Below are positions 20,492 to 29,961 of a stretch of 64,000 nt of DNA, one piece after another. The position numbers and the translations under genes are program-made. Below the pieces are notes generated by a model. That model saw only the letters and a list, made by a program, of their open reading frames with translations, searched no databases and had not been told where the DNA came from. Numbering within the stretch: the first letter of the stretch is position 1; every line of letters starts with the position of its first letter. This DNA is from Candidatus Poribacteria bacterium (GTDB lineage: Bacteria > Poribacteria > WGA-4E > JAJDTR01): contig CBDCTK010000002.1 in the NCBI GenBank assembly GCA_965222225.1, positions 4,608,001 through 4,672,000 on the forward strand, read 5' to 3'.

Positions 20492-21646
20492 ATGGCTAAC
20501 AACAAGACGCTCAGAATAGGACTCATCGGCACGGGCTTTATGGCGCGTGCACACACCAACGCATACAAACGGGTGGGAGATTTTTTCCCCGATCTCGAAT
20601 GGCGACCCGGGTTGAAGGCAGTCTGCGCACGAACTCCGGAGAAAGTTCGAGCGTTTGCGGAGCAGTGGGGTTACGAATCCATTGAGACGGATTGGAGAAC
20701 CCTTGTTTCGAGAGAGGATATTGACGCTATTGATATCTGCGCGCCGAACAATACTCATGCAGAGATTGCCCTCGCGGTCGCCGCGGCGGGAAAGACGGTT
20801 CTCTGCGAAAAGCCGCTGGCGCGGACGGTAGCCGAAGGGCAACCGATGGTGGACGCGGTAGAAGATGCTGGGGTGAAGAACACCGTTTGGTACAATTATA
20901 GGCGTGTACCGGCAGTCACCTTGGCAAAACAGGTGATAGATTCCGGCAAATTGGGTCGGATTTTCCATTATCGTACCAACTTCCTTCAGGATTGGACCAT
21001 CAGTCCCGATCTGCCTCAGGGCGGAGAGGCTTTATGGCGGCTGGACGTGGACGCTGCCGGATCCGGTGTGACGGGCGATCTGCTTGCGCACTGCATTGAT
21101 ACCGCCATGTGGTTGAACGGCGGAATTGCGGATGTTTCAGCCGTTACGGAGACATTCATTAAGGAAAGAGTTCATCAGGCAACCGGGAAGGTGCAGGAGG
21201 TCGGCATTGACGATGCTTGCATTTTTCATTGTCATTTTGATAACGGATCACTCGGTGTGTTCGAAGCGACTCGGTATGCCCGCGGTCAGAAGGCTTCGTA
21301 TACCTTTGAAATCAACGGTCAACACGCCTCCATCCGATGGGACTTGCACGACCAGAACCGACTCGGCTACTTCGATCACAGTGATGATTCGATTGTGCGC
21401 GGTTGGCGCTCTATTCATGTTTCGGACAGCGATCAGCCCTATATTGATAAGTGGTGGGTTCCCGGTCTGTGCCTCGGATACGAACATACCTTTGTGCACC
21501 ACATGGCTGATTTTCTGCAAAGCTTGGAAACAGGCGAACCCTGCTCGCCTACATTTAGGGAAGCCTTAGAAACGCAGAAGGTATGCGAGGCGGTGCTTGA
21601 ATCCGCCGCCTCCAAAAGCTGGAAAGAAACGGGAGTCAACTGGTAA
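20492..21646 (+). CDS. Gfo/Idh/MocA family oxidoreductase
   Basis: [23 protein letters not shown]. Confidence 0.93.
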   Translation: MANNKTLRIGLIGTGFMARAHTNAYKRVGDFFPDLEWRPGLKAVCARTPEKVRAFAEQWGYESIETDWRTLVSREDIDAIDICAPNNTHAEIALAVAAAGKTVLCEKPLARTVAEGQPMVDAVEDAGVKNTVWYNYRRVPAVTLAKQVIDSGKLGRIFHYRTNFLQDWTISPDLPQGGEALWRLDVDAAGSGVTGDLLAHCIDTAMWLNGGIADVSAVTETFIKERVHQATGKVQEVGIDDACIFHCHFDNGSLGVFEATRYARGQKASYTFEINGQHASIRWDLHDQNRLGYFDHSDDSIVRGWRSIHVSDSDQPYIDKWWVPGLCLGYEHTFVHHMADFLQSLETGEPCSPTFREALETQKVCEAVLESAASKSWKETGVNW

Positions 21647-21710
21647 TTTAAGCTAGGCGAGACAAGCGAAAACGGTGTTTTGCGAACACAGGTAGTCAGC
21701 TGTGACGATT

Positions 21711-22448
21711 ATGAAAACCATTGAACAAAAACTCGATCAACTGGAAGAGGAAGGTCATATCCTGATAGAAGGGGCTCTGTCTTCTGAGGAAACCGAACAC
21801 GTTCGGCAACGCATCAATTACGCCCGCGAAATGGGATGGGCTGACGGGCTAAACAGTGTGGGTAACATGTGGTTTGATACACTGCTGGATCGAGAGCCTG
21901 AGACATTCGCGCCGTTGGTAGGCCATCCCGGAATCCGCCCCTACCTTGAGGGGATGATGGGCAAACAGTGTCAACTGCGAAGCCTGCGAATCCACATTAA
22001 TCCGGGCGCTTATCTTCAGGAGTGGCATCTCGATTTCTATGGGTATTGGGAGGAGAAGCGCGACGCAGCGAAATCACGCCTTACGGTGCCTCCGATAAGC
22101 ATCAATACCACGTTCTACCTTCAGGACAATGGCCCCGGTTTGGGGCATCTCAAGTACGTGAAAGACGGACATCGGATGGAACCCCCGCATCTGCATCCGA
22201 TGGATCGTCCCAAATTTGAAGCATGGTGCGAAGCACAAGAGCATGACGTGGTCTATCCCAAGGCGGGGGACTGTGTGATTTTCTTGAGCCACATTCCTCA
22301 TCAGGGGGCTAAAGAGCGCGACGATATGGAGCGAAGCAACGTCGTTTGCCATTACCAGTTGACCCCAATGCACGAAGGTGTTCTCTACGTCTCGCAGCCT
22401 CGCGGTTACAAATGGACATTCCCGTTTGTAATGCGAGACCGTCGATAG
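21711..22448 (+). CDS. Phytanoyl-CoA dioxygenase (PhyH) family Fe/2OG enzyme
   Basis: EEEGHILIEGALS, WHLD, AGDCVIF...IPH. Confidence 0.85.
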   Translation: MKTIEQKLDQLEEEGHILIEGALSSEETEHVRQRINYAREMGWADGLNSVGNMWFDTLLDREPETFAPLVGHPGIRPYLEGMMGKQCQLRSLRIHINPGAYLQEWHLDFYGYWEEKRDAAKSRLTVPPISINTTFYLQDNGPGLGHLKYVKDGHRMEPPHLHPMDRPKFEAWCEAQEHDVVYPKAGDCVIFLSHIPHQGAKERDDMERSNVVCHYQLTPMHEGVLYVSQPRGYKWTFPFVMRDRR

Positions 22449-22529
22449 TGATGCCAGCGAGACATCCCCCAATTACTCTACCCCGCGCTTCCAAGTGAGA
22501 GAAAGAAATCAGACGCATAGACAGAAAAC

Positions 22530-23471
22530 ATGACAAACGAAGACTTATGGGTTGTATATGAAGGCGGCCGAGGGCCAGGCGAAGGGGTACATATTGTCTG
22601 GGTTAGCGGCGACGAGGAGTATCGCTCCGAGGAGGCGTTACCCGCATTAGCCAAGATTATGGCGGAGCACCACGGATTCAAGTGTACAGTGCTTTTTGCG
22701 GTTGACCCCAATACTGGAGAGATTGACCCTGTAAACCAAACGAATATCCCCGGGATGCATCACCTAGAGACTGCCGATTTGATGGTACTCTTCACACGTT
22801 TCCGTGAACTCCCTGACGAGCAGATGAAGTACATCGTCGATTTCACGAACGCCGGTAAACCCGTTTTGGGTTTGCGAACGGCAACACACGCCTTCAGTTA
22901 CACTCGAAGCCTGAACAGCCCCTACGCCAAATACAGTTGCGACAATGAAGTGTTTTCGGGCGGATATGGTCGTCAGGTGCTGGGCGAAACGTGGATCTCA
23001 CATCATGGACATCACGGAAAAGAGAGTGCGCGCGGTCTAATAAACGATGAAATGATCGGGCACCCCATTCTCAAAGGTGTTAAAGACATCTGGGGGCCAA
23101 CCGATGTATACGCCATCACAGAACTAACAGGTGACGCTCAAGTCCTGGTTCACGGTCAGGTTCTCTCCGGCATGAAGCCGACGGACGAGCGCAAACCGGA
23201 TACGCCGACCATGCCGTTGGCGTGGATTAAGAGCTATGTCGGAGAGAAGTCGAACTCATCGCGGGTATTCTGTACCACGATGGGCGCGTCCGTTGATCTT
23301 GAAAGCGAGGGGTTACGACGGCTGTTAGCGAATGCCTGCTATTGGTGTGCCGGGTTGGAAAAATTAATTTCCGACGCCAGTGTCGTGGACTTTGTTGGGC
23401 CTTTTCAGCCGACCTTTTTCGGATTCGGAGATTTTAAGAAGGGTGTACGACCATCAGATTTAAGACTATGA
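22530..23471 (+). CDS. ThuA-like domain protein
   Basis: SGDEEYRSEE, GLRTATHAF, RVFCTTMG. Confidence 0.85.
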   Translation: MTNEDLWVVYEGGRGPGEGVHIVWVSGDEEYRSEEALPALAKIMAEHHGFKCTVLFAVDPNTGEIDPVNQTNIPGMHHLETADLMVLFTRFRELPDEQMKYIVDFTNAGKPVLGLRTATHAFSYTRSLNSPYAKYSCDNEVFSGGYGRQVLGETWISHHGHHGKESARGLINDEMIGHPILKGVKDIWGPTDVYAITELTGDAQVLVHGQVLSGMKPTDERKPDTPTMPLAWIKSYVGEKSNSSRVFCTTMGASVDLESEGLRRLLANACYWCAGLEKLISDASVVDFVGPFQPTFFGFGDFKKGVRPSDLRL

Positions 23472-23549
23472 AGGGAGCTGACAAGCTTGTTATCGGTTAT
23501 TTCCATTCGGAGCGAACCGTGTGCAAGCCATGTACAGAGAATCGAACTT

Positions 23550-24572
23550 ATGAAGCAAGCCGCACTTCTTGGAGAACGTCAAGCCGGACTCATTGATGTT
23601 CCAGATTTAGAGCCTAAGGAAGACTGGGCAGTCGTCAAAATCCACGCTGCTCCGATGTGCACGGAATACCATACCTTTGTCTCCGGACACAGGTCTAATG
23701 CGCTTGGACACGAGGCAGCAGGGGAGGTTGTTGCGATTGCCCAACCGGGGAAAGTTAAAGTCGGGGATCGAGTGGTAGTGCAGCCTCAGTACCCGTGTGG
23801 AAAATGCCATTTGTGCGTGTCGGGCGATTATATTCACTGCGAGGATGGTTATAACTTCGAGGAGTTTACGGGTAGAAGGGACGGAGCAGCGACGATGGCG
23901 CAGTATACCCTCAAGCCGTCTTGGCTGCTTCCAAAAATCCCGGATGACGTTTCGTACGAACATGCCTCATTGGCTTGTTGCGCGTTGGGGCCATCATTCA
24001 ATGCGTTTGAAAAGATGGGGGTCAACTCCTTTGACACCGTCTTGATTACAGGCATTGGGCCCGTTGGATTCGGTGCAATCACGAATGCGAGGTACCGAGG
24101 CGCTCGCGTTATCGCTGTGGAGTCTATCCCTTGGCGCGTTGAACACGCAAAAAAAATGGGTGCGATTGCGGTGATTGATCCAACCGCCGAGGATGCCGTC
24201 CAAAAGATTCGAGATTTGACAACGGGTGGACGCGGGGTTGACTGCGCTCTGGATTGCTCCGGAAATCCGCAGGCGCACCGCCTCTGCATTGACGCAACCC
24301 GACGCCGCGGGCAGGTTTCATTCGTAGGCCAAAGCGGCGGCAGAGAAACCGCGCTTAACATTAGCCCTGACATGATTGGCAAGGGTTTATCTCTCCACGG
24401 CGCGTGGCATTATAATTTATCGCTGTTCCCAAGGTTAGTTAACGTCATTCAGAATTCTGACCTGCTCGATCTTCTCATCAGCCATGTATTCCCCATGAGC
24501 GAGATTCAGAAAGCATTCGAAACATCCTCGTCACAAGAAAGCGCGAAAATCATCCTTAAACCGTGGGAATAA
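23550..24572 (+). CDS. Zinc-dependent (MDR) alcohol/sugar dehydrogenase
   Basis: LGHEAAG, CGKCHLC...C structural Zn site, GIGPVG. Confidence 0.93.
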   Translation: MKQAALLGERQAGLIDVPDLEPKEDWAVVKIHAAPMCTEYHTFVSGHRSNALGHEAAGEVVAIAQPGKVKVGDRVVVQPQYPCGKCHLCVSGDYIHCEDGYNFEEFTGRRDGAATMAQYTLKPSWLLPKIPDDVSYEHASLACCALGPSFNAFEKMGVNSFDTVLITGIGPVGFGAITNARYRGARVIAVESIPWRVEHAKKMGAIAVIDPTAEDAVQKIRDLTTGGRGVDCALDCSGNPQAHRLCIDATRRRGQVSFVGQSGGRETALNISPDMIGKGLSLHGAWHYNLSLFPRLVNVIQNSDLLDLLISHVFPMSEIQKAFETSSSQESAKIILKPWE

Positions 24573-24688
24573 CTCCCACGATTGTCTGAGTAATCCCACA
24601 GTTTAGCTTTATATTCTCATTAAGCAAGCTTCAATAATAAATCTTACATTTTGACAAACACAATGGCGTCTAGGAGGGCTGACCGCTC

Positions 24689-24712
24689 CTGCTGGATTGA
24701 CAAATCCAGCAG
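24689..24712. terminator. Hairpin CTGCTGGATT-GACA-AATCCAGCAG after the operon; related copy near 60758-60781
   Basis: 10-bp perfect stem downstream of the dehydrogenase stop. Confidence 0.5.
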
Positions 24713-24803
24713 GGTCTAATCTAACCACTTTGCTTCCGTTCTTTCGCTCCAGAGGAGCGGTATGTCAATAGAAAACCGATGACTCCAATCTTCTGCTCCA
24801 GAG

Positions 24804-24840
24804 GATCGAACGAGTGGATAACGAGTGCGATAGAGCTCTT
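24804..24840 (+). repeat. Single copy of the ~37-nt element inserted in a GCTCCAGAGGAGC repeat
   Basis: GATCGAACGAGTGGATAACGAGTGCGATAGAGCTCTT; uninterrupted sister repeat at 24746-24765. Confidence 0.8.
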
Positions 24841-24957
24841 GCAGCATGTTTGTAAAATCGATATAGCCTGCATTTTCCCTAGTCAATGCGGAAGCTAAAC
24901 TTTTCTATTGAATCTTGCTTAAAGGAATACCCCTTACCCGCCAAGATACAGATAACC

Positions 24958-26079
24958 ATGAACATAGATACGCATTGTGGCAGTGACGACGATACAAGCC
25001 CAGGCGCTACACCCGACTTGCTTCGCCCTGAAGTGCTTGATGCCTTTGACCGGGAGACTTTCGAGCGCGATGGGTATTGGGTATGGGGAGGAGTAGTCAC
25101 CGATGCCGGCTGCAAACAGTGGACAGCTAATCTAAAGAAACTGCAACAGATGAACGATGGCATTCTCAGGGATACCGATTGGGCTGCCATTGACTTCAAA
25201 GGACGCGGGCTGTCACCGCCTCCGCCAGAACAGATTACGCCTCAATTCTTGGCATCATGCTGCTGCGGATCGGAACAAATGCCACCTTTTCTAAGGTCTG
25301 AAACGCGCCTGTATATGTACCAATACGGGCTGCTTGGTCCTGGAGCCGCACTGGTCGCACGCGGATTCGACTCGATTGGCGTCATGCCGGAATATTTTCC
25401 GGTTGGGTACAATGACTTTGTCCTAGCTGTCACCACTACGCATCCGCAGATGATGGATCTGTTTCGCAAAGTGCTCGGAAATCGCTTTCTGCTCGACCAT
25501 TGCCTCATGCTCAACCGAGGTCCCGGCACAAAGGGTCGTCGTTGGCATGGCCACCCGTATTGGGAGGGGCAGCATGAAGTTCAAGATGCCATAGGCGACG
25601 ACAGCGCGGTTACGCCCGAGTTTCTACAGCGGCAATGTATCCGAACTCTCTGTTACCCGGAGGGTGCTACTACCGATGACGGTGGCGAATTCGCCGTTAT
25701 TCCGGGCGCTCATCTCTATCGCGTTCCATATAAATGGAATACCGAGCGACCGGATGAAGATGACGACATGCGATCTGGCTGGTTGAAGGGAAAGACGCAC
25801 CCCATAACAGGCGAGCCGTTGAAAATTGTGCACCTGTCCCTACCGCCGGGGAGCATGGTTTCCTTTGTCCATCACATGCCGCACTATGTCGGCAGACGAA
25901 AACCCGGCAGTGAGATGCGATGGGGTTTGTTGATGGCATTCCGCACTCCTGATCCCGAGGCAGCTCCCGCCAAGTGGTCCAACGGTGTTCCGCCGCATTG
26001 GGCTGATCGCCTAGAGGCAGAAGGAAAACTTTCTGCCGGCGCGCACCGTGTGTTTGAGGCGGACAATCCTATAGTCTGA
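24958..26079 (+). CDS. PhyH-family dioxygenase, atypical WHGH motif
   Basis: FERDGYWVW, WHGH, GGEFAVIPGAH, PPGSMV...MPH. Confidence 0.75.
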   Translation: MNIDTHCGSDDDTSPGATPDLLRPEVLDAFDRETFERDGYWVWGGVVTDAGCKQWTANLKKLQQMNDGILRDTDWAAIDFKGRGLSPPPPEQITPQFLASCCCGSEQMPPFLRSETRLYMYQYGLLGPGAALVARGFDSIGVMPEYFPVGYNDFVLAVTTTHPQMMDLFRKVLGNRFLLDHCLMLNRGPGTKGRRWHGHPYWEGQHEVQDAIGDDSAVTPEFLQRQCIRTLCYPEGATTDDGGEFAVIPGAHLYRVPYKWNTERPDEDDDMRSGWLKGKTHPITGEPLKIVHLSLPPGSMVSFVHHMPHYVGRRKPGSEMRWGLLMAFRTPDPEAAPAKWSNGVPPHWADRLEAEGKLSAGAHRVFEADNPIV

Positions 26080-26174
26080 AGATTCCTCTCAATCTTGCTT
26101 ATACTGTATAATTCACTTTATCAAAAGTAAGTTGGTTTTTCGATTCACTATCAATCTCGGAACAGGAGAATCTA

Positions 26175-26747
26175 ATGCGCAGGAAAGAGATGTTGTATGC
26201 GGTGATAGGCGGTATCGTCGGAACAGTTCTAACAATGGCGGCGGGGGCATTGGCTCCGCTGGTAGCGCAAGACGAACCGGTAGACCTGAACGCGAGGAAG
26301 ATTACCTGCAGGGAGTTGGACGTGGTTGATGCGAAAGGAAATCTCCATGCGGGGTTGAACTTCTCCGAATTCGGAGGGAGTGTGTTCGTGGTGGGAAAAG
26401 CAGGCAAAGGGGCGGAGATGCACCTCACCGAATTCGGAGGGGCGGTGTTCGTGTGGGGCAAAGAGGCCAAAGGGGGGGCGGCGATGCACCTTGACGAATT
26501 CGGAGGGAAGGTGTACGTGGAGGGCAGAGGGTTCAAAGAGGCGGCGATGAGCATCGACGAACACGGCGGGAGGGTGTCCGTGGAGGGCAAAGAGGGCAAC
26601 GAGCTCAAAAGGGCGGCGATGAGCATCAATGGAGATGGAGGGGCGGTGGACGTGTGGGGCAAAGGGGCGGGGGCGAGGATGAGCGTCAATAAGTCCGGAA
26701 ACGGCGGTTTTTCCTCTTGGGACAAGAACGGCCATCGTTTGGAGTGA
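26175..26747 (+). CDS. Exported/membrane-anchored protein with Gly-rich beta-hairpin repeats
   Basis: AGGAG RBS; N-terminal hydrophobic helix; 5-6 repeats like DEFGG.V.V.GK.G...A.M. Confidence 0.8.
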   Translation: MRRKEMLYAVIGGIVGTVLTMAAGALAPLVAQDEPVDLNARKITCRELDVVDAKGNLHAGLNFSEFGGSVFVVGKAGKGAEMHLTEFGGAVFVWGKEAKGGAAMHLDEFGGKVYVEGRGFKEAAMSIDEHGGRVSVEGKEGNELKRAAMSINGDGGAVDVWGKGAGARMSVNKSGNGGFSSWDKNGHRLE

Positions 26748-27190
26748 GGCGGATTACATCATGAATGAATTGGCAATCAGGCAGGACAACGCACTGGCTA
26801 TCAGCCGCGACGCAGCGGAATTGATTAAAACCGGCGTGTCGGAGAACACCCTGATAGCGTAGAGCGTATTGTTGGGGCTGAACGCATGGCTGGACACCGA
26901 TCTGAATGATGCCGTGCTTGCCAATACATCACGCAACTCCACCAGTCGGGCAAAGCACCCGGCACAATCGCCCAAGTCGTGGCGGCAGTCAAGTGGCAAG
27001 CCAAGGACATGAATTGACTGGATGTGGTCGGCACAATCACACAGCGAACACTGGCGGGGTTTAGGGATTCTGCTATGATCAATCTGGTGAGCGATCGCCT
27101 GTTGCGTATTTCGGAGGTCGTCGCGGTCAATGTCGGCGATGTCAGAGGGAGCGTGCTCCATGTGACATCGAGTAACACCAATCAGGAGGT

Positions 27191-27260
27191 ATCAAGGGAG
27201 CGAACAGCAACCGATCAAGCGAACGAACAGTGATTGCGATAGAGTTCCCATAGAGATCCC
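27191..27260 (+). repeat. ~37-nt element concatemer (partial + full + 3' stutter) inside the integrase pseudogene
   Basis: ATCAAGGGAGCGAACAGCAACC-GATCAAGCGAACGAACAGTGATTGCGATAGAGTTCCC-ATAGAGATCCC. Confidence 0.85.
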
Positions 27261-27340
27261 GAGGCGAGGCGTTGTATATCTGCGAAGCTACCTGACAATT
27301 GATTAAGCGGTGGCCCCGCAAGGCGGGCATAGAACGGGGC

Positions 27341-27432
27341 GATCAAGTGACCGAATAGGATCAACCGACCGGATAGGGAGGGCGATAGCTTATCCCCTGC
27401 GATAGCTTATCCCCTGCGATAGCTTATCCCCT
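27341..27432 (+). repeat. ~37-nt element concatemer ending in three 17-bp copies of GCGATAGCTTATCCCCT
   Basis: Partial unit 27341-27358, full unit from 27359, perfect tandem copies 27382-27398, 27399-27415, 27416-27432. Confidence 0.9.
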
Positions 27433-27736
27433 GTTCCGAAGAGTGCATACCAGCAACACCTGGGCAAAGGGCGACTATTGAACGTCGGGGCGTGGGCGGC
27501 GATGGGTGAATGAATTCGGCAACGGTGCAACGAGCACTTAGGAGAAGAATGGGAATCGGTTGAAATGACAGGGGATTAACCGACCAATAAAAGCAGTGGC
27601 GAGTAAAGGAGTTAATAACTCTTCACGGAAGTCAAAATCTCTTGGGATTGGTGAATGCCCAAGAGTCGACTTCAGCAGCTTTGACTATTTGGCTCCGCTA
27701 TTACAGTATTCTTCACGATTGTTATGGAGATTAAAT

Positions 27737-28528
27737 ATGGCTTTCAAATTCGGTTATAGCACGTTACGTTGGCAGACGCCAGATCTTGAACCGCTTCTCG
27801 TTCAACTGAAGGAGGCGGGTTGGGACGGATGGGAGATGCGTCAATCACTAGACTGGGTGGGAACACCGGGACGTGTCAGAAGGATCTGCGAAAACGTCGG
27901 TCTCCCTGTTGTTGTGGTGACCGCGCAGGGTTTGCCAATCGACAAGGATTGGACACAGATGGAACTCAACAAACGCCGAATTGATTTCGCCGCAGAGGTG
28001 GGTGCCGATTGTTTCATGTTCATCGGTGCGGCCAAGCCGAGAGATGGTAACGCCAGTTACGATCATATTGCCGCGTTGGCGGATGTATCGGAGGAGTGGG
28101 CGGAATACGCCGCGCAATACGAACTGGAAGTGTGCTACCACATCCATACCAACACGACAGTTGATTCAATTGAAGACTGGGCGAAATATATGAGTCTGCT
28201 GAGAAAGTGCAAGTTGTGTATTGATGTCTCGCATTCCGCGCTCTGGGGCTATAACCCAGTAGAGTCGATACGCCGCTACAAGGAGCAGTTGATTTACGTC
28301 CATCTTCAGGATTATGTGAACTTCTCGGGTGGAAATGGAAGAGATTATCAGGTGAATTGGGTGGACATCGGTGGCGGCTCGTCGCTTGACTTCCCGCAGA
28401 TAATGGAAACATTGAAAAGCATCGGTTATAACTGCTGGATCACGGCGTGTCCCGGGGAGGTAGAAAACCGAACCGATGAGGAGCGGATGCAAGTGAATCG
28501 AAATTACCTGAGACAGCTAGGCTACTAG
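27737..28528 (+). CDS. Sugar phosphate isomerase/epimerase (IolE-like TIM barrel)
   Basis: GGAG RBS; GWDGWE, CYHIHTNT, LCIDVSH, YVHLQD. Confidence 0.85.
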   Translation: MAFKFGYSTLRWQTPDLEPLLVQLKEAGWDGWEMRQSLDWVGTPGRVRRICENVGLPVVVVTAQGLPIDKDWTQMELNKRRIDFAAEVGADCFMFIGAAKPRDGNASYDHIAALADVSEEWAEYAAQYELEVCYHIHTNTTVDSIEDWAKYMSLLRKCKLCIDVSHSALWGYNPVESIRRYKEQLIYVHLQDYVNFSGGNGRDYQVNWVDIGGGSSLDFPQIMETLKSIGYNCWITACPGEVENRTDEERMQVNRNYLRQLGY

Positions 28529-28621
28529 CGACGATTCAAGGCAGTGTTCGTCTCAACGAATAATCTCAATCTTGGCTAGCGGGATAAATTATTGATAGAT
28601 TCGTTATCTTTCGTGCCCCCA

Positions 28622-28686
28622 GTAGGAGCGATTTCCGAATCGCGACTGCGATTCCTGACAGGTCGCGATTCGGAAATCGCTCCTAC
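28622..28686. repeat. REP doublet (REPIN-like), perfect 25-bp inverted repeat between convergent genes
   Basis: GTAGGAGCGATTTCCGAATCGCGAC / GTCGCGATTCGGAAATCGCTCCTAC. Confidence 0.9.
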
Positions 28687-28777
28687 AATTGTAAGAGAAC
28701 ACCATGAATCTATCCATAAGTTAACACTCTCCAATTTTTTACTACATTGTTACTTGCCGTATTGAACAGCCACCTTC

Positions 28778-29620
28778 TCACCCACGAGCGGGTTCGGACA
28801 TCGTTTTCTTCAATTCTCTGGTTAATTCGGCAAGATGCGTGTCGTTCTCCATGACCTGCTGTAGGTGCACCATTCGCTCAGGGCCCGCCGTTCTTACCAT
28901 GGTTTCGCCGTGTATACGGTCAATCCAGAATCTGGCTTCGCCTCCAAGCCGGTTTCGCAGTTCGCCGAGTCGTTCTTCAGGGTAGCGGCAGCAGAAGTTC
29001 ATCGTATACATCCGGCGCCGTCCGGAACCGCCGAAGGCGGCATGCTTAAGGCTGTGGTTGAAAACCACAATGTCGCCGGGTGTTGTCTCTAGCGCAACGG
29101 CGGGCACCTCCCACCCGCTCAATCCCCAGATCGTTCCACTATCGCGGATGTCTCGCTCAATGGTATCGGCGTACTCATTGCCAACACGGTGACTGCCCGG
29201 AATGACGCGCAAGGCGCCCGTGTCACGCGTGAGAGGGTCAAGGTAGAAAGCTATCTTGATGCTCATTAGTCGATTCCCCTCGTAGCCGTCCGAGTGCCAG
29301 TTGCTGTCGCCGGCGTAAAAGTTGCCGTCACCGCTCGTATAGTTAAAGTCCTCGCCGCAGATGCTGGCGGCGATGTCATGGATTCGTGGATCGTCCAAGA
29401 AGGAGCTTAGGTATTCGCTCAGATCGGGAAACGGAAAGATACACGACCGCATTACTCCGTCATGGGGCTTGCCAGCGTGCCCGCCCTTGTGTGCTTTCCA
29501 GATAGCTTCAAATTCCTCGATTATTTTGTCGACGCAGTCAGACAGCAGACCGGGAAAATTCAGATACCCGAATGTGTCAAAAGCCGCTAATTGCTGGCGG
29601 TTGAGTTGTGTTGAATTCAT
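28778..29620 (-). CDS. PhyH-family dioxygenase
   Basis: FDTFGYL, WHSD, GALRVIPGSH, PGDIVVFNHSLKH. Confidence 0.92.
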   Translation of the reverse strand: MNSTQLNRQQLAAFDTFGYLNFPGLLSDCVDKIIEEFEAIWKAHKGGHAGKPHDGVMRSCIFPFPDLSEYLSSFLDDPRIHDIAASICGEDFNYTSGDGNFYAGDSNWHSDGYEGNRLMSIKIAFYLDPLTRDTGALRVIPGSHRVGNEYADTIERDIRDSGTIWGLSGWEVPAVALETTPGDIVVFNHSLKHAAFGGSGRRRMYTMNFCCRYPEERLGELRNRLGGEARFWIDRIHGETMVRTAGPERMVHLQQVMENDTHLAELTRELKKTMSEPARG

Positions 29621-29665
29621 GGGTATTCCTCACAATTTTGGGACAGTGCAAGAGCGGGTTCTATC

Positions 29666-29730
29666 GATCAAGTGAGCGGATAGCGAATGCGATAGAGTTC
29701 CCGTAGAGATCTCAGTGCGATAGGAATCTT
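29666..29730 (+). repeat. ~37-nt element plus two 3' stutters
   Basis: GATCAAGTGAGCGGATAGCGAATGCGATAGAGTTCCC-GTAGAGATCTC-AGTGCGATAGGAATCTT. Confidence 0.85.
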
Positions 29731-29737
29731 TGCTACG

Positions 29738-29791
29738 GTAGGAGCGATCTCCAGGTCGCGACTTCTTATTGCGAGCGGAACTCGCTCCTAC
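29738..29791. repeat. REP doublet of the GTAGGAGCG...CGCTCCTAC family
   Basis: Imperfect inverted repeat sharing arms with 28622-28686. Confidence 0.8.
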
Positions 29792-29961
29792 AGAAGACGC
29801 GCAATAAATTGCGCTACTACAAACCTAACAGCGTAAGTCCCGAATGTATAATTCTTAGTTGCAATGACTATAGCGAACGGGAACGCGATAGTGAATTCTT
29901 CTCCTTACTCAGTCGCTTAATCCTGCAATCAGACATGGATTCCACAATGTTATTCTTGCCG

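Larger units (their letters stand above)
26761..27446 (+). pseudogene. Decayed Cre-like tyrosine recombinase/integrase
   Basis: Fragments across frames: GVSENT, ITQLHQSGKAPGTIAQVVAAVKW, RDSAMI...LLRISEVVAVNVGDV, TNQE/GEALYI, AGIERG/LFRRV; stops, frameshifts and two repeat insertions. Confidence 0.85.
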
